Assembly: GCF_000143415.4 (NCBI RefSeq)
Contig: NW_003314273.1
Coordinates: 1,374,074 to 1,438,073, forward strand
DNA: 64,000 bases
From: Selaginella moellendorffii
Lineage: Eukaryota > Plantae > Lycopodiophyta
Direction of reading: 5' to 3'
Translations under genes and position numbers: made by a program
The notes under the pieces: generated by a model
The model's input: the letters and a program-made list of their open reading frames with translations, nothing else
What the model was told of the DNA's origin: nothing
The model's database searches: none
Shown: one piece after another, positions 1 to 12,250 of the stretch
Layout: every line of letters starts with the position of its first letter
Numbering within the stretch: the first letter of the stretch is position 1

Positions 1-126
1 CACAGCAACAATTCTTCGAGCAGGACTACTTTCTAATAGACGCTGCTGCTGATAGTCAATTGTTCCAGCAGTTCCTGTGTCCAATATTGCTTCCAAATAG
101 CCATTAATCCACTCATTCCCCGCCAT
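1..126 (-). CDS. SPS: Sucrose-phosphate synthase, N-terminus (runs off the window start)
   Basis: Minus-strand ATG at 126 translates MAGNEWINGYLEAILDTG..., the characteristic plant SPS N-terminus. Not in the ORF track. Confidence 0.92.
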   Translation of the reverse strand, partial: MAGNEWINGYLEAILDTGTAGTIDYQQQRLLESSPARRIVAV

Positions 127-234
127 AAATAGATTTTGTTGCAAGAATGACAAGCTTTTAGGGTAAATCAGAACCGTTCTGAAGCTTACGTGTGTGACAA
201 AGTGAAATGGAATTAAAGTTAACATTATTTCTAT

Positions 235-441
235 TCATTGATGCTGTTCAATCCGCCCTTGTCTAAACTTCTGCCTCCCATTTTGTGCACTTTCTTTTCG
301 ACAAGCCATTCTTGAAATCCCTGCAGCAAGAAGTGATCTCATCTGAGGGTCTGTCATTTTGAGTAATCGCATTACCTTAAGCCACGAAATGAGTTTTGCT
401 TCACATTGCAGCAACAGCTTTCGCACGTTATCATCCTCAGT

Positions 442-488
<47 letters not shown>

Positions 489-2086
489 GTGAGCAACCTG
501 TGACAACCAAGACTTTACATACATTGTACATCTCCCCCTCGTGAATCTTATCCACGAGCCTTTTAGTTCCTCGAATAACGGAGATTAAAGAGGAAGCTCG
601 CTGTCGCGTCCCAAACTTGTGAATTTTATTCATCAGTCGCTTTGTTCCTTCGACCATTTTCTTTAAGGTATCACCAAGAGCCCCTTTCTTTCTTCGCTGG
701 CTAGTTGCACTAGGCTCGGGTCCAATTTGCCCAGCGATTTTCCATTTCATTTTCTGAATTCTCTCTTGTAAACTCTACATAGGGGAGTTGAGGATTAACG
801 AGAAGCACATGATTTTCTCACCTTAGCAGACAGAGTTCCACTTTTCAGTTGATCAACAAGCTCTTTTAGCTCACTTGTAAGGTGGTCTAGGTAATCGCTG
901 TTTCTCCGCAAGGTGACTACATAGTGAAATAATTCCTTCATTGTTGGAAAGCTCAAAGCTGATAATATTAACGGGGACACCTCGTGAATTTGACCAAGTG
1001 TAGCGATGTTCCTAGGAAGATCAGGCTGTACCATGCTGCAAGGGTCAGCGGGATAAATGCACCTGGTAGCAAATATACCTCACTGAACAAATTATGATAT
1101 CTAACCCCAATTGGAAACTGCGCTCGCATCATCTGCAAATGCACCACATAAATTTAAATTCTACGGAATCCAGATGCACACAGCAAAAGAATCACGGCAC
1201 GTTTATGTAAATAAAAACCTTACCTACTTCTTCCAGTGCCGATCTTGATTCCTCTCTCGNNNNNNNNNNNNNNNNNNNNNNNNNNNNNNNNNNNNNNNNN
1301 NNNNNNNNNNNNNNNNNNNNNNNNNNNNNNNNNNNNNNNNNNNNNNNNNNNNNNNNNNNGGCGTCATAATACATAAGTGCCATTTGCTCGTACTCCTCTT
1401 CTCTACGCCTTGATGTTCTACCCAGGGTGTCCATCTACAGCGTACTGACAGTTAACTAAATTAGCGATTGGACAGGAACAACCTGGCTGTTGTAGATAGC
1501 TCTCTCATCGCATATGGGCTTTAAAGTTGCTTCGTAGCTGCTCTTTAGTTCACGAGCTTCTTTAAGGCCTAGTACCGCTTGCTCAAGTGTTTCTTCCAGA
1601 GCTCGTAGCTTGACAAGTGGAGCTGTGTTGTTGTCCAATGCCTGTTCGCAGTCCACTTGTGCAGATTTTGTGTTCGTTTTTTGACTTTCCAGCTGTCAGT
1701 CACAGTTTAAAACACGATCGTGCACACAGCAGATTGCTCACCATAACCTCCGTAACAATGGACCTGTGTCTCTGCTCGTCATAACACTTACGAAGAGCTG
1801 CCACACGATCCCCGAGTCTTCTCAAGTCGGAGCGACCCAAAGCACATCTTTCTTGTTCTAGCAACGAATTAAGAGTTGCACGAAGCTGCTTGTTCTCGAG
1901 CTTTGCAGCCGCTATAAGTACCTTGTTTCTCTTAATTTTGATTTGTGAAGCATCGTAGTAGGCCTTGCCACCAACTCCTGCAGACATTGGGAAATTCTTT
2001 ATTGCCTTTCCAGAGACTCTAGAAAATACCAATTTTGGTGAGCTTGTGCTCAATTCCTTCAGTGCGCTCCCAGGCATCCTGCTCAT
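235..2086 (-). CDS. CCDC151: CCDC151/ODA10-like coiled-coil protein (outer dynein arm docking/assembly family), multi-exon, spans an N gap
   Basis: GKAYYDASQIKIKRNKVLIAAAKLENKQL and LRALEETLEQAVLGLKEARELKSSY..ICDE resemble the two conserved CCDC151 coiled-coil blocks. GT-AG intron 1747-1693 joins ORFs 1700-2086 and 1456-1656 in frame. Later exons are approximate. Confidence 0.7.
443..486. repeat. (GA)n microsatellite in an intron
   Basis: About 22 GA units seen directly. Confidence 0.95.
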
Positions 2087-2254
2087 CGCGCCTCGTTTTG
2101 TCCATCCTCGCGGGAGAATGCTATGAAGCCCTTGTGATTTTTAAGGCTGCACGCGCCGGCTGAAACGGCCGATTTTTTTGCTGAAGTCCACGTTAGCCCT
2201 AATGTCCCGGCGCCAAGCGTTGCTTTGTGCGTCTTTTTTTGAGCTCACTAGTCG

Positions 2255-4056
2255 ATGAGAGAATCGATAGGAAAAATGTCTACGCGAAAGCAAGCTCTAT
2301 GCTTTGTTATAGTGTTGATAATTTCTCAGCAACTCCACTGCTCGATTCAGGAGCCCCTTGAATTGGACTTTCCACAGCCATTGGGACAAGAATCAGCTCC
2401 GCTGGATGGCAGCCATTCACAGCAGAAAAAGGATGAACAAGCAATCAATGAAGCGTCAGAACAAGAAGTAATTGCCAGCATTGAGAAAGGTGAACTGTAT
2501 CTTCAGCGTGCTGAATCGGCACCTACAAGCGTTGGGAAGTGCAAAAAGCAAATAAATGCCGCTATCGCTTCACTCTCCCTAGTTGAAACTTATGTTCTTG
2601 AAGATGAGTACGAGAGCTCGAGAACACATCTGGGAAATGCGAAAAAGAACGTTGAAGATTGCAATGCGGCTCTTGAAGCTGCACCCCAAGTGTGTTCATT
2701 TCCACAATTGGATTGTAGAAGCATGTGTTTTATGTCTAAAAGATTTCATTCCTCCATAGGATCATACTGGGAAGGCAGTTTTGTTTTTAACCAAGCAAGC
2801 ACTGAGTCATATTGAAGAGGCTGAAGAACCGCTACAGTTCCTTACTGGGCGACAATCGGACGAAGTAGTTTTCCAACCTGAAACGGCGGGTGAGTGAAAT
2901 CCATGGAAAATTGTTCGGGTCATTAATTTTTATAATCTTTCAGGTAGTGGTGCTGCTGCTCCTGGAAAATCTTGCTTACCAGTTGACGGTACCACCTGCC
3001 AGTTCAGCAACTGTGGCAAAGGTAAGCTTTTGCCTACCTGTGTTGTTGGATTCGCCTCAGGAACCACTGGTGGGGCTCAAGGTCAGTCATACATTGTCAC
3101 CAATGCTGATGACAATGCAGTGACCCCTTCCAAAGGAACCTTAAGATATGGAGTGAGTCTCGGAGGGGATGACAAGGGTGGAGTCTGGATAACCTTTGCA
3201 AAATCCATGATTATCACCCTTACTGAAATGCTATGGATACGAAGCTCAACAACTATTGACGGGAGAGGGGTGAATATTACTATCAATGGTCGGTCCATTG
3301 TTCTTGCTGGAGTCAAAAACGTCATTCTTCACAATTTTCAAATCAACACAGTTGGTGAGACGGATACGGTGCACATTTTCGCTGGCACCAGCAATGTCTG
3401 GGTGGATCACCTCACGTCATTCAATGCCAAGCTGGGCCTGGTTTCTGTTGTCCAAGGTTCCACCGACGTAACCATCTCTAATTGTTTTTTGACTAATCCT
3501 AACTTCAATATGCTTCTGGGAGCCTCCGATGCGGATATTCAAGATCAGAAAATGAGGGTCACCGTCTACAGGAACTGGTTTAAGGATTCCATGCAACGGA
3601 TGCCTCACTGCAGGTTTCATTTAGCAATTTTTTCTAATCTTGACATTAATTTGTGGGCACTTTCTCATGGTTTTCAGATGGGGCTACTGCCACGTTATTA
3701 ACAACTTGTACACCAATTGGGGATACTATGCAATAGGAGCTCGAGCCAGAGCTAAAGTCAAGAGCGAGGCTAATGTTTTCATCGCTGCCAGAAGACCTGA
3801 AGTCACGCCATGGTTTCAAGGCGTAGGAGCTGATTTCGATTTGACACCAGTAATCCAATCAACAGGAGATCTGCTCCTTAATGGGTCCACATTCCACCAG
3901 TTCTTACAGTTTGGGCCTGCCATAGCGCCTCAGTACCGGTCAGAAGCTTACTATCCTCCCAAAAGAGCAACTAGCACGTTGGCCACACTTGTTCAAAACT
4001 GTGCTGGAGCTCTGTTTGGCACCAGAGTTACAAAATGCATATATGTCTCATCTTAA
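2255..4056 (+). CDS. Secreted pectate lyase (PL1) with an N-terminal PMEI-like helical domain; exons about 2255-2689, 2760-2889, 2944-3613, 3678-4056
   Basis: PL1 motifs GFASGTTGG, GTLRYGV, TIDGRG, NVWVDH, QRMPHCRWGYCHVINN. Hydrophobic signal peptide. All introns GT-AG and frame-preserving. Confidence 0.92.
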
Positions 4057-4485
4057 AACAGAGACACTCGTGAATAACCACAATTGTGTTTATAAACTAT
4101 TTTGCATCTGTAAGCCTCTTTATTAGTAATCAACTCCTAGCATGCATATAAAACTGGTGCCGTCTTTATGATCATGATGCTCTCAGCATGATGTGGAACT
4201 AATTTAGATCATCAAAACCATACAATTGCATATCCACAAAATCAGTTGATATTATATTTGTTGCTTATGTTGAACGTGCGATAGTGTCTGGGTACCTGAA
4301 AAGGATAGCCCTGAGGAGATGGGAAAGAGCGTGTGCGATGTGTCGTGGAGGTTCAATTCTCGCTGAGATGCAAACAATAATTTGGCGAGGTTGCGGATCA
4401 CTCGCGCGATTATGCGAGCGCTTCCAAGAAAAGCAACACAACGTCCTGGACTTAGATGATCCCTTAGCTTAGGAGATTCTCGGCC

Positions 4486-7460
4486 ATGGGGGTACCGGGC
4501 TGTTCGCCTCGTCCGACAGTGCAAATCCAGCAGCAGAGGAGGCAGTCCATTGGCTTATCAAAATCGGATAGCGTTAGGAATGTGGAAGGGATTGTAAAGG
4601 ATTATCTCGCTCTTGTAGCGAAAGACTATATCTCCAACGATGTTACCGAGTCGTATCGAATTGTGAAGAAGAAAAGAATGAAGCGCAGCGAGGAGGTCCG
4701 AGTGGATCTGTCGCATTGTAAGTACGAAGTCATGCGAAATGTGATCGGGAAACTGGGATGGCAGGAGGCGCTGGACGATCGGCCGTCACATCTGTACTGG
4801 ACAGGTTCTCTCTCTCTCTCTCTCTCTCTCTCAACACACACACACACACGCCCTTGCAGATTCTTCAATCGGTCCCGAGAGGTTGATGGCTCTTAAGCAC
4901 GGCCAGAAGGTGAACCACTTCTTTGGAATGCTTCAAATATGCCGCAAGAAATCACTAGCTCGACACCTCTCCACTATGCGAAAGTAGGTTTCTGTGAGTG
5001 GCTTATGCCCTACCTGCTACTCAGCTCCGAATTGTTAACGTGGACCTCATACGTGGTAAGTGTACTTTCCAGGATGTTTCCTGCAGAATATAGATTCTTT
5101 CCTCGTGCTTATATTCTTCCAAATCAGCTGCAAGAGTTTCTTACGCGCTTCCGCAGCCCAAAGTTACGAACTTACATTCTCAAACCTGACAATGGGTCCC
5201 AGGTACATGTTTATTTTAGATAATCCATTGTCATATACCATGGTTGACAGGGTAAAGGTGTTGCACTCGTCCAGAATATCGCAGACGTCAAACAGGCGAT
5301 TGGAGGATTTTCTGGAGCTAACATGCTTGCCCAGAAATACGTGACAAACCCAATGCTCATAAATGGTTATAAATTTGACTTGAGGATCTACACCCTGATA
5401 CTTTCTTGTGAGCCATTGCGATTATACCTCTACAGGTTTGTTTCGACAAATTCTGATTCTTTTTCTGCATGCTAACTATTAGGACTTGGTCTACAGGGAA
5501 GGTTTGGTGAGATTTTGCACCATGAAATATTTTAAACCAACGCGAGAGAACCTGCGCCACAGCTGCATGCATCTTACAAACTATTCGTTAAATAAACTCC
5601 ATCCTAACTTTGAATACAATGACAGCGAGTTTGATATGGACAGAGGAAGTAAATGGAGTTTGAGCGGACTATATAGAGCAATGGCTGCCCGTGGTTATGA
5701 CACGAAGAAGCTCAAGCGTCAAATTAAGAAGATGGTTGTGATGACTTTTATTGCAATCGCTCCTTATTTGTCGCACAACTACCACACGTGCTTAAATGAA
5801 GACGACAACGGGCGCTCCTGCTTCGAGGTGCTGGGATTGGACGTACTGATAGATGATAAGTGCAAGCCGTGGTTGCTGGAAGTAAGCCATGAGTTTGTAG
5901 TTTTTACGCCCTCTTTACGCAAACATAATGGTGCAGGTTAACCACTCACCGTCATTTTCTATTGATACACCTCTGGATTTGAAGGTTAAAGAAGCACTTC
6001 TTAGCGATACCTTGTCATTGATTCATGTCGACCCTACAGGACTCTCTAAGCTTTCCATGGCAGAGAGAAAAAACTCCAAAATGCGCTTGTATGGTAAACA
6101 AAAGGAAGAAAAGGAGATGACAAAACTTACAGTAAAAGAGATGGAACAGTACGAAGCCGAGCATATAGGAAACTTCGATCTTATATACCCTTGCGAGGAC
6201 GAGAACTTGCAAGGCCTTTATGATATTTGCCTTGCTGGAGCAGAAGAGGCATTCAAGCATTCATTTGACATGAAAGTGAAAAAGGCAATTGAGAAGGTCC
6301 AGGAGGAAAGAAAGCAGGAAGCTCTGGATCGAGAGTTGGAAGAAAAGAAGAAGACAAAACAACGTGCACAATTGAGAAAGAAAGCTCAGGAATCTGCAAG
6401 GCTCGTGGCTATGTCAAGGGTTCAGTCAGATGTTCCAGAGGCTGATGATAGCCTGATAATTAAGTCTCCAGCTGCAGAATGTGAAGAGGAGCAAGCAAGT
6501 ACCGATGGACTTGAGGCCATGGAAATGAAAATAAAGCAATTACAGTGGAATCCAGCTCCTGGTTCACTGATTAACAGCCCACAAGACTCACCCCGTAAGG
6601 ACGTCAAGCTCTCTCCTAGGTGCCTACCAGTGTTACCTGGTGCTTCTACCAAGAAAGTTTCTTGGGAGAGCACTCTTAGGAACGAAAGCCCCTATGGAAA
6701 CTGTGGCTTTATCAGGCCACAGGCGGGATTGCTTCCTCCAATCCGGCAAGTTATCAGTCAGGATAGCTATTCGCAAACAAGTCCAAGGCTTAAGCTCCTT
6801 CACACAGGGAAAAGAGTTTTAGTGAAACAGGAGAATCTAGCACCAGCAGAACAAATTACATTCTGGTCTAGCGATGGTATTAAAACGAAAAGAGACGCAG
6901 AGACCAGCTGCATATCTTCCAACAGGCATACGGTAACAACTACAACAACCACAACAACTACCACTACCACCACTACCACCAAGCTTCCAGATGTGAGAAC
7001 CAGAAATAGATCTACATCACCTGTTAATGGCTTGCCGCTGAGAACTCTTCCTACTGCTCGATTCATTTTTGAGGAGCCGGCCCTCACTTCCTCAAGAACC
7101 GAGCCACCGAAAGCACTGGACAGTGTTATGAAGTGGTACCCTAAACTCCAGATTAACGAGGTGGTGAAGGTACTGAAGAGCAAGGAATCTAAAGGAGGAG
7201 GTAACAGCAGCAACAACGGCCAACTTCATGTATGTCACATTTGCAAGCCAATCAAGAGAATTCCTAGATACGAGTCGTGCAAGTCGAGGAGATCGCTGCG
7301 AGAATTTCTTATGGCCGGTGATGTCCTTGGATGCAAGCACATGGAGCCAAGCTGGAAATCGCTTTTGCCGCCCAAGGAACCCGTGCTTAACGCTTTCGTC
7401 ACACAGTCAGACCCCAATAAGTTCCTCATCTTCGCCAAATCTTTGAGAAAAAAGTATTGA
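4486..7460 (+). CDS. TTLL6: Tubulin polyglutamylase TTLL6/TTLL13-like; exons about 4486-4804, 4860-4983, 5073-5202, 5251-5435, 5497-5881, 5937-7460
   Basis: TTL motifs QKVNHF, YILKPDNGSQGKG, KFDLRIY, MHLTNYSLNK, CFEVLGLDVLID, PWLLEVNHSPSF. Long low-complexity C-tail with a poly-Thr run (about 6930-6980). Confidence 0.92.
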
Positions 7461-9264
7461 AGGTTTAAAAATGACTTTTTTTTTTACAGTTCTGAAAAAA
7501 CGTTGTTTATTTATGGATCTTCTAACGGACCTTATGATCATTCAAATTAACATAACGTTGGTTAGGAAGAGTCCCAAACCTTTGGCCTTGGAATGGGAGA
7601 TTAGTTCTTCCTGAGCCTTGTGGGAGATATGGGTGAACGCCAGGAATATATTACATGGTTGCTCAATAGTTTCCACGTCCTTGTAGCAGAGTTTGTCAAA
7701 TTCTTCAGTCTCAGGTCCTATTGGTGATTGACTCTTATTGTGCTGACAACAGGTTCCGCCCCACCTTATAAAGTGCTGTGAGAGCCTGGATTATGTCTAT
7801 TGCTGCGCTTTAGACATTAAAATTAGTACAAAGGCTTCTGACACAGATAGGCCCATCATTTTTAGAACAAAGTGTGATCAAGTGATCTGCACAATCATAC
7901 TTCTGACTGAAGCCTACTGAGCATTCTACCTTTGTCCATACTCCATTTAACCTTCCTTTGACTAAATGGAATAGTATTGATCATATAAGATATATGTTTT
8001 TGAGTCATAACCCCTCCAAGATGGTCTCAGTGACCTGTTGTGAGACTAGGCAAGTTGTAAAACGTTGATCTTTCTTTTATTGTGAAATTTGGGGCAATGA
8101 TTTTTCTATTTGTCTATTTAATAGGGTAGACTCGACAACAAAGTGCACCATAATACCACAATAATTAGCAGATAAAAGAGAAATATACTACAAGTGAGGC
8201 AACAGTTTTCACACAACCTAGTGAAAAACATTGGAAATTGCAGGAATTTCAAAAATATAAAAGATGCAAAAACTCTGGACATTGAAATCGATATAAATAT
8301 GGTGCCTTTTATATTTTCCATTTGGACATGAGTTTTCCCTTGCCCTTCCCTACAAATATTGTTCAGATGCTAGCCATAGTAAGAAACACAAATTCGCCCT
8401 CTCATTGGCCCATGTAATACTTATGTCATGATCCTTAGATATCTAAATACCTTGTTTTCTCTTGAAATCTATCCATATAAAACACTCTAACACTGCCTGA
8501 AGTGTGTGATATAGCAGCACCTTGTGATATAACCCCCAAGTATTTGTTTTAAAGGGGCATGAGGCCCTTTCCAATCTCATGAAATTGGATTGAAAAGAAA
8601 AAGAATTAAACATATCCTTTCAAATTTTTTCCTGAAGTTATGTCTAGATTTTAGTCTGTGCTACTCATGGGGAGCCATTGCTATGCAGCACCTAGGATTA
8701 AGAGATTTTTTCCAGCATTTATAAACCCTTGTTATGTTAATAAACATGAAGTAGCAGTGAAATGCAAGTGCACTTTCTTCTACCACTTGATCCACCTGGA
8801 CCAGGTGTTCAATCGGCTCATAGAGTTGATAAAATTCAGATTTCATAAATTGATTCATGAATAAGACACTATTTGGGTGGACATACCAAGGTCTATACAT
8901 ATAGTAACACACAACTGCTTTACAATGCAGCCAAGGCTTATGCTAAAGTAAACTTGTTGGTAAGAGAAGCTTGCTAAATTCGATATTGAAATCATCTATA
9001 AACCTGGTTAAGACAATATTATTCTTAATGTGCTAAGTCATTAGGCTCAGTTCTAGGTAATGTTGGCAATCATTTTAAACTAGTTGAAGGATGTTCAGGC
9101 TTTGTATAGAGGTGATCTGTTAACAAAGCTGATATTGCATTGTGCAGTGTTTTTGAAGCAAAACCATGATAGCAAAATGGTGAAAGCTACTAGTTATGTG
9201 TAAGAAACCAACTCCCTAAAATGCAATAGGCTATAGGATCCCTGAAATCACAACTAGAATGATA

Positions 9265-9420
9265 AAGAGTTTGAGTTTGAGATCAAGTCTGGGATTGAGT
9301 TCGAGACCGAGTTTAAGACCAAATCTAAGATCCAAGATCAGGTCTGAGACTGAGTCCAAGATTGAGTCTGATATCAAGTTTGATGTCAAGTCCAAAATCG
9401 AATGCAAGACCAAGTCCAAA
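9265..9420. repeat. Decayed 6/12-bp tandem array related to the (GAGTCCGAGATG)n array of the LTRs at 43-54 kb
   Basis: Degenerate gagtyc/gagacc/aagtcc hexamer periodicity. Confidence 0.55.
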
Positions 9421-10029
9421 TACTAGGTTAATTTTATGCAGGTTCAATGTTTAATTATAATCCTCTATATTTCATTGGCTATAACCTTTGTAGACCAAGC
9501 TCATAAAAGTGTCAAGATAAATAGTTATCTCAAACATGTTGTAAACTTTGTAGAGTTAACTTAAACTTTGTAATTCAATACAGCTCACTAATAAAATAAA
9601 ATAAAATAAAAACCAATATTAAATTTAATATTTCTCAACCACATATTTTCGTTGTATAAGAATTAAATGCCCAATATAAAACCATTGGAGCTGTGAATGT
9701 TGTAGGAAATAGAAAAAAGACTTTATACGTGTTATAGCCCTTTTTTCCCAGTAACATGACAAAGAAACCTATTTTAGGTGTTGAACTCACACTATTGATT
9801 CTAAAGAAGAATGAGAAATATTGAATAGAGGTAGGCAGTTCTAGAGAATTGCTATAGCAAGAGGAAGGTTTGTCATGGCTAGGAGCAAGTCAATATCAAG
9901 AAAGAAGGCAATGATCAGGTAGGTAGTACATGGAATGATCCATGGTGTGCAATGGGCAGCGATGGTGATGGGACAAACAGGATCCCTCTTGCATTCAGGG
10001 CAAATAGGTCCCTCAACCATGGCAACAAT

Positions 10030-10544
10030 AACACTAATTCCCGTATTAGACGATGATGCTGTGTACCAGTCCTCTTGCAAGTGCCACTATCAGCCCATGG
10101 CCAAATGTATAAAGTGAACAAAGCATGGAGGAATCTTGTCTCCAGTGCCAAGTTTTATGACGATCATTTTGTACAAGGATTGATTGAAGGTATACTAGTG
10201 GTAATAGTGTTTCTTAATCATGGGAAATAAGTCTTGATCATTCAATCCCAGAAGTGATAAGAAAGAGTGGATGATTATTTTACATCAGTACACAGGAGGA
10301 TTTGTGTGTCAAGCTGTTGGCAGCAATTGATCTTCAAATTACACATGAATTGATAGAGCTCCTTGGTGTTAATGCTGTGTGTGCTGTGTGTCCTCGAAAG
10401 TTGTGTACATATGTGGTTATGGATGGCCAACTCTACATAGGTGACACTTATACAGGGATGCATCTGATAGCCAAGATATATAATCCAGTGGATGATCGAT
10501 GGGATCCTCTACCATTGCTGATATTGTCTTGCACTTGTCATTGA
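10030..10544 (+). pseudogene. F-box/kelch-repeat gene remnant
   Basis: F-box tail NKAWRNLVSSAKFY and kelch-like VVMDGQLYIG...AKIYNPVDDRWDPLP, with frameshifts and stops. Confidence 0.6.
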
Positions 10545-10799
10545 TGACAATAAGATGGTTATGAAAGATAGTGGTTGCTTCTTCAGATCAACACTTGTTT
10601 TATCAGTGCAAGATCTGTCTTGGAAAGAGATGAATATAATTGCATTGCATGGGTGACTCTTCTTTGTACACTCCAAACAATTCTACAAGCCCAACATGTA
10701 TGGATTGTTGAGGCAAAAACATGTGGACAATGGCACAATGTGGCGAACATTTCTCTAGCGGATAACTACAAGCGGATTTCTACTTTTTCTTGGTTTCAG

Positions 10800-12250
10800 G
10801 TGCAATCAAGTGGGTTTTACAAGGCGCGCATTTCTGTTCTGGCAGCATGCAAATTTGTAAAGACAGCTTTGAGACAGGATGGCCGGAGAGCAGTGTTACG
10901 CTCATGGGACGAAATTTGTTTGCGGGGTTAACTGGAAAGAGCCACTTGAAGCTCCAAGCCCGCTGTGAACACTCCCAAAGCTCTCAAGCAGTATGTGCCC
11001 CTTATCGTCAACAACATAAAAGCGTGCCTTGCGAGGTGGTCTATGCAGGATAAGATCGTTCTTCTTACCAAGATGAGAAGGGTAAGCAATTGTCTTAGTT
11101 TTCTTGTTGACACTGGTTTTTTCTGATATGACACTTCACGTTTCTAACTGTCCTCTACATTTTATGTGGGAAAGACTCCAGTCTCGACATGGAAGAGACT
11201 TTCTCCTTGTACTACATTGTCAACCAAGGCATTCAGGCTCTCCCCATCAACTTTCTCGGCACTGCCTACAACAAAGCCATATGCGTTGTACATAGCTTTG
11301 TGACGTTTTCCCATTTTTCAGGCCGAGGCAAAAGCTCATCAAGCTTATCCAGAACGTGATCAACCAGCGCTTCTGGAAAGCCGCAGAAACAAGCATTCTT
11401 TCGTTGCTCATGGATCAGCTGGATGAAAGAAAAGAGGCGCTGGAAGACGCTCATATCATAGACATGCTCAACATCTACATGAACGCTGGTCACGACTCAA
11501 CGGCTGATGTCATCATGTGGCTGATGATTTCCTAAAGCAAAATCCTGACGTGTTTGAGAAAGTGAAGGTAAGCCTTTGCAGTTTCATACAAACTTTCCTT
11601 CATACAATCTTTCTTCTTTAGGCCGAGCAAGACAACATTGCTAAAGTCATTTCAGAAGGGAAAATGCTCAACCTTTTAGACATCAGAAGGATGTGCTACC
11701 TATCTAGTGTCAGTCCATTTTCCCTTGTTTTTAGTCCTGAATTTATTTTTTGTTTTTGCAGGTTGTCAATGAAACAGTGCGACTTGCAAAAATATCTCCA
11801 ATGGTCTTTAGAAGCGCCTTGTTAAACCTCGAGTTTAATGGTGAGTCTGCTTCTTCTCTCAAGTGATGTTCAAGTGATTTGAAAGCGTGGCTAAGACAAG
11901 TACATATGGATCCACCCTGATCCGGAAAAGTTCAATCCATCTGGGAGGTACGAGATTCTCACCCATGCTCTGTAACTCTGTCTGGGGTTTTTCACTAGAA
12001 ATATGGAGCATCTCCATTCACGTTCATACCTTTTTGGGATGGGAAATCGAACTTACGAACTTGCCAAGCTTCAAATATTCATTGTCATCCATTACTTCAT
12101 TATTACAGGTGAAGATCTATTATTTGTGCCATTATTCCTTTATCTGGGGTTTGTAGGTGGACTGCCTTGGATCCCAACAGCAAAGTTTCTTACTTGCCAC
12201 ATCCAAGACCACGAGACTTCTATTCTGTAAGAGTTTCAAAACTTCTGTAA
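10800..12250 (+). pseudogene. Cytochrome P450 CYP88-family (ent-kaurenoic acid oxidase-like) pseudogene, introns retained
   Basis: FETGWPESSVTLMG, I-helix IIDMLNIYMNAGHDST, K-helix ETVR, C-terminal SYLPHPRP. Frameshifts present, and the heme motif is reduced to FGMGNRTYELAK (no Cys). Confidence 0.85.
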
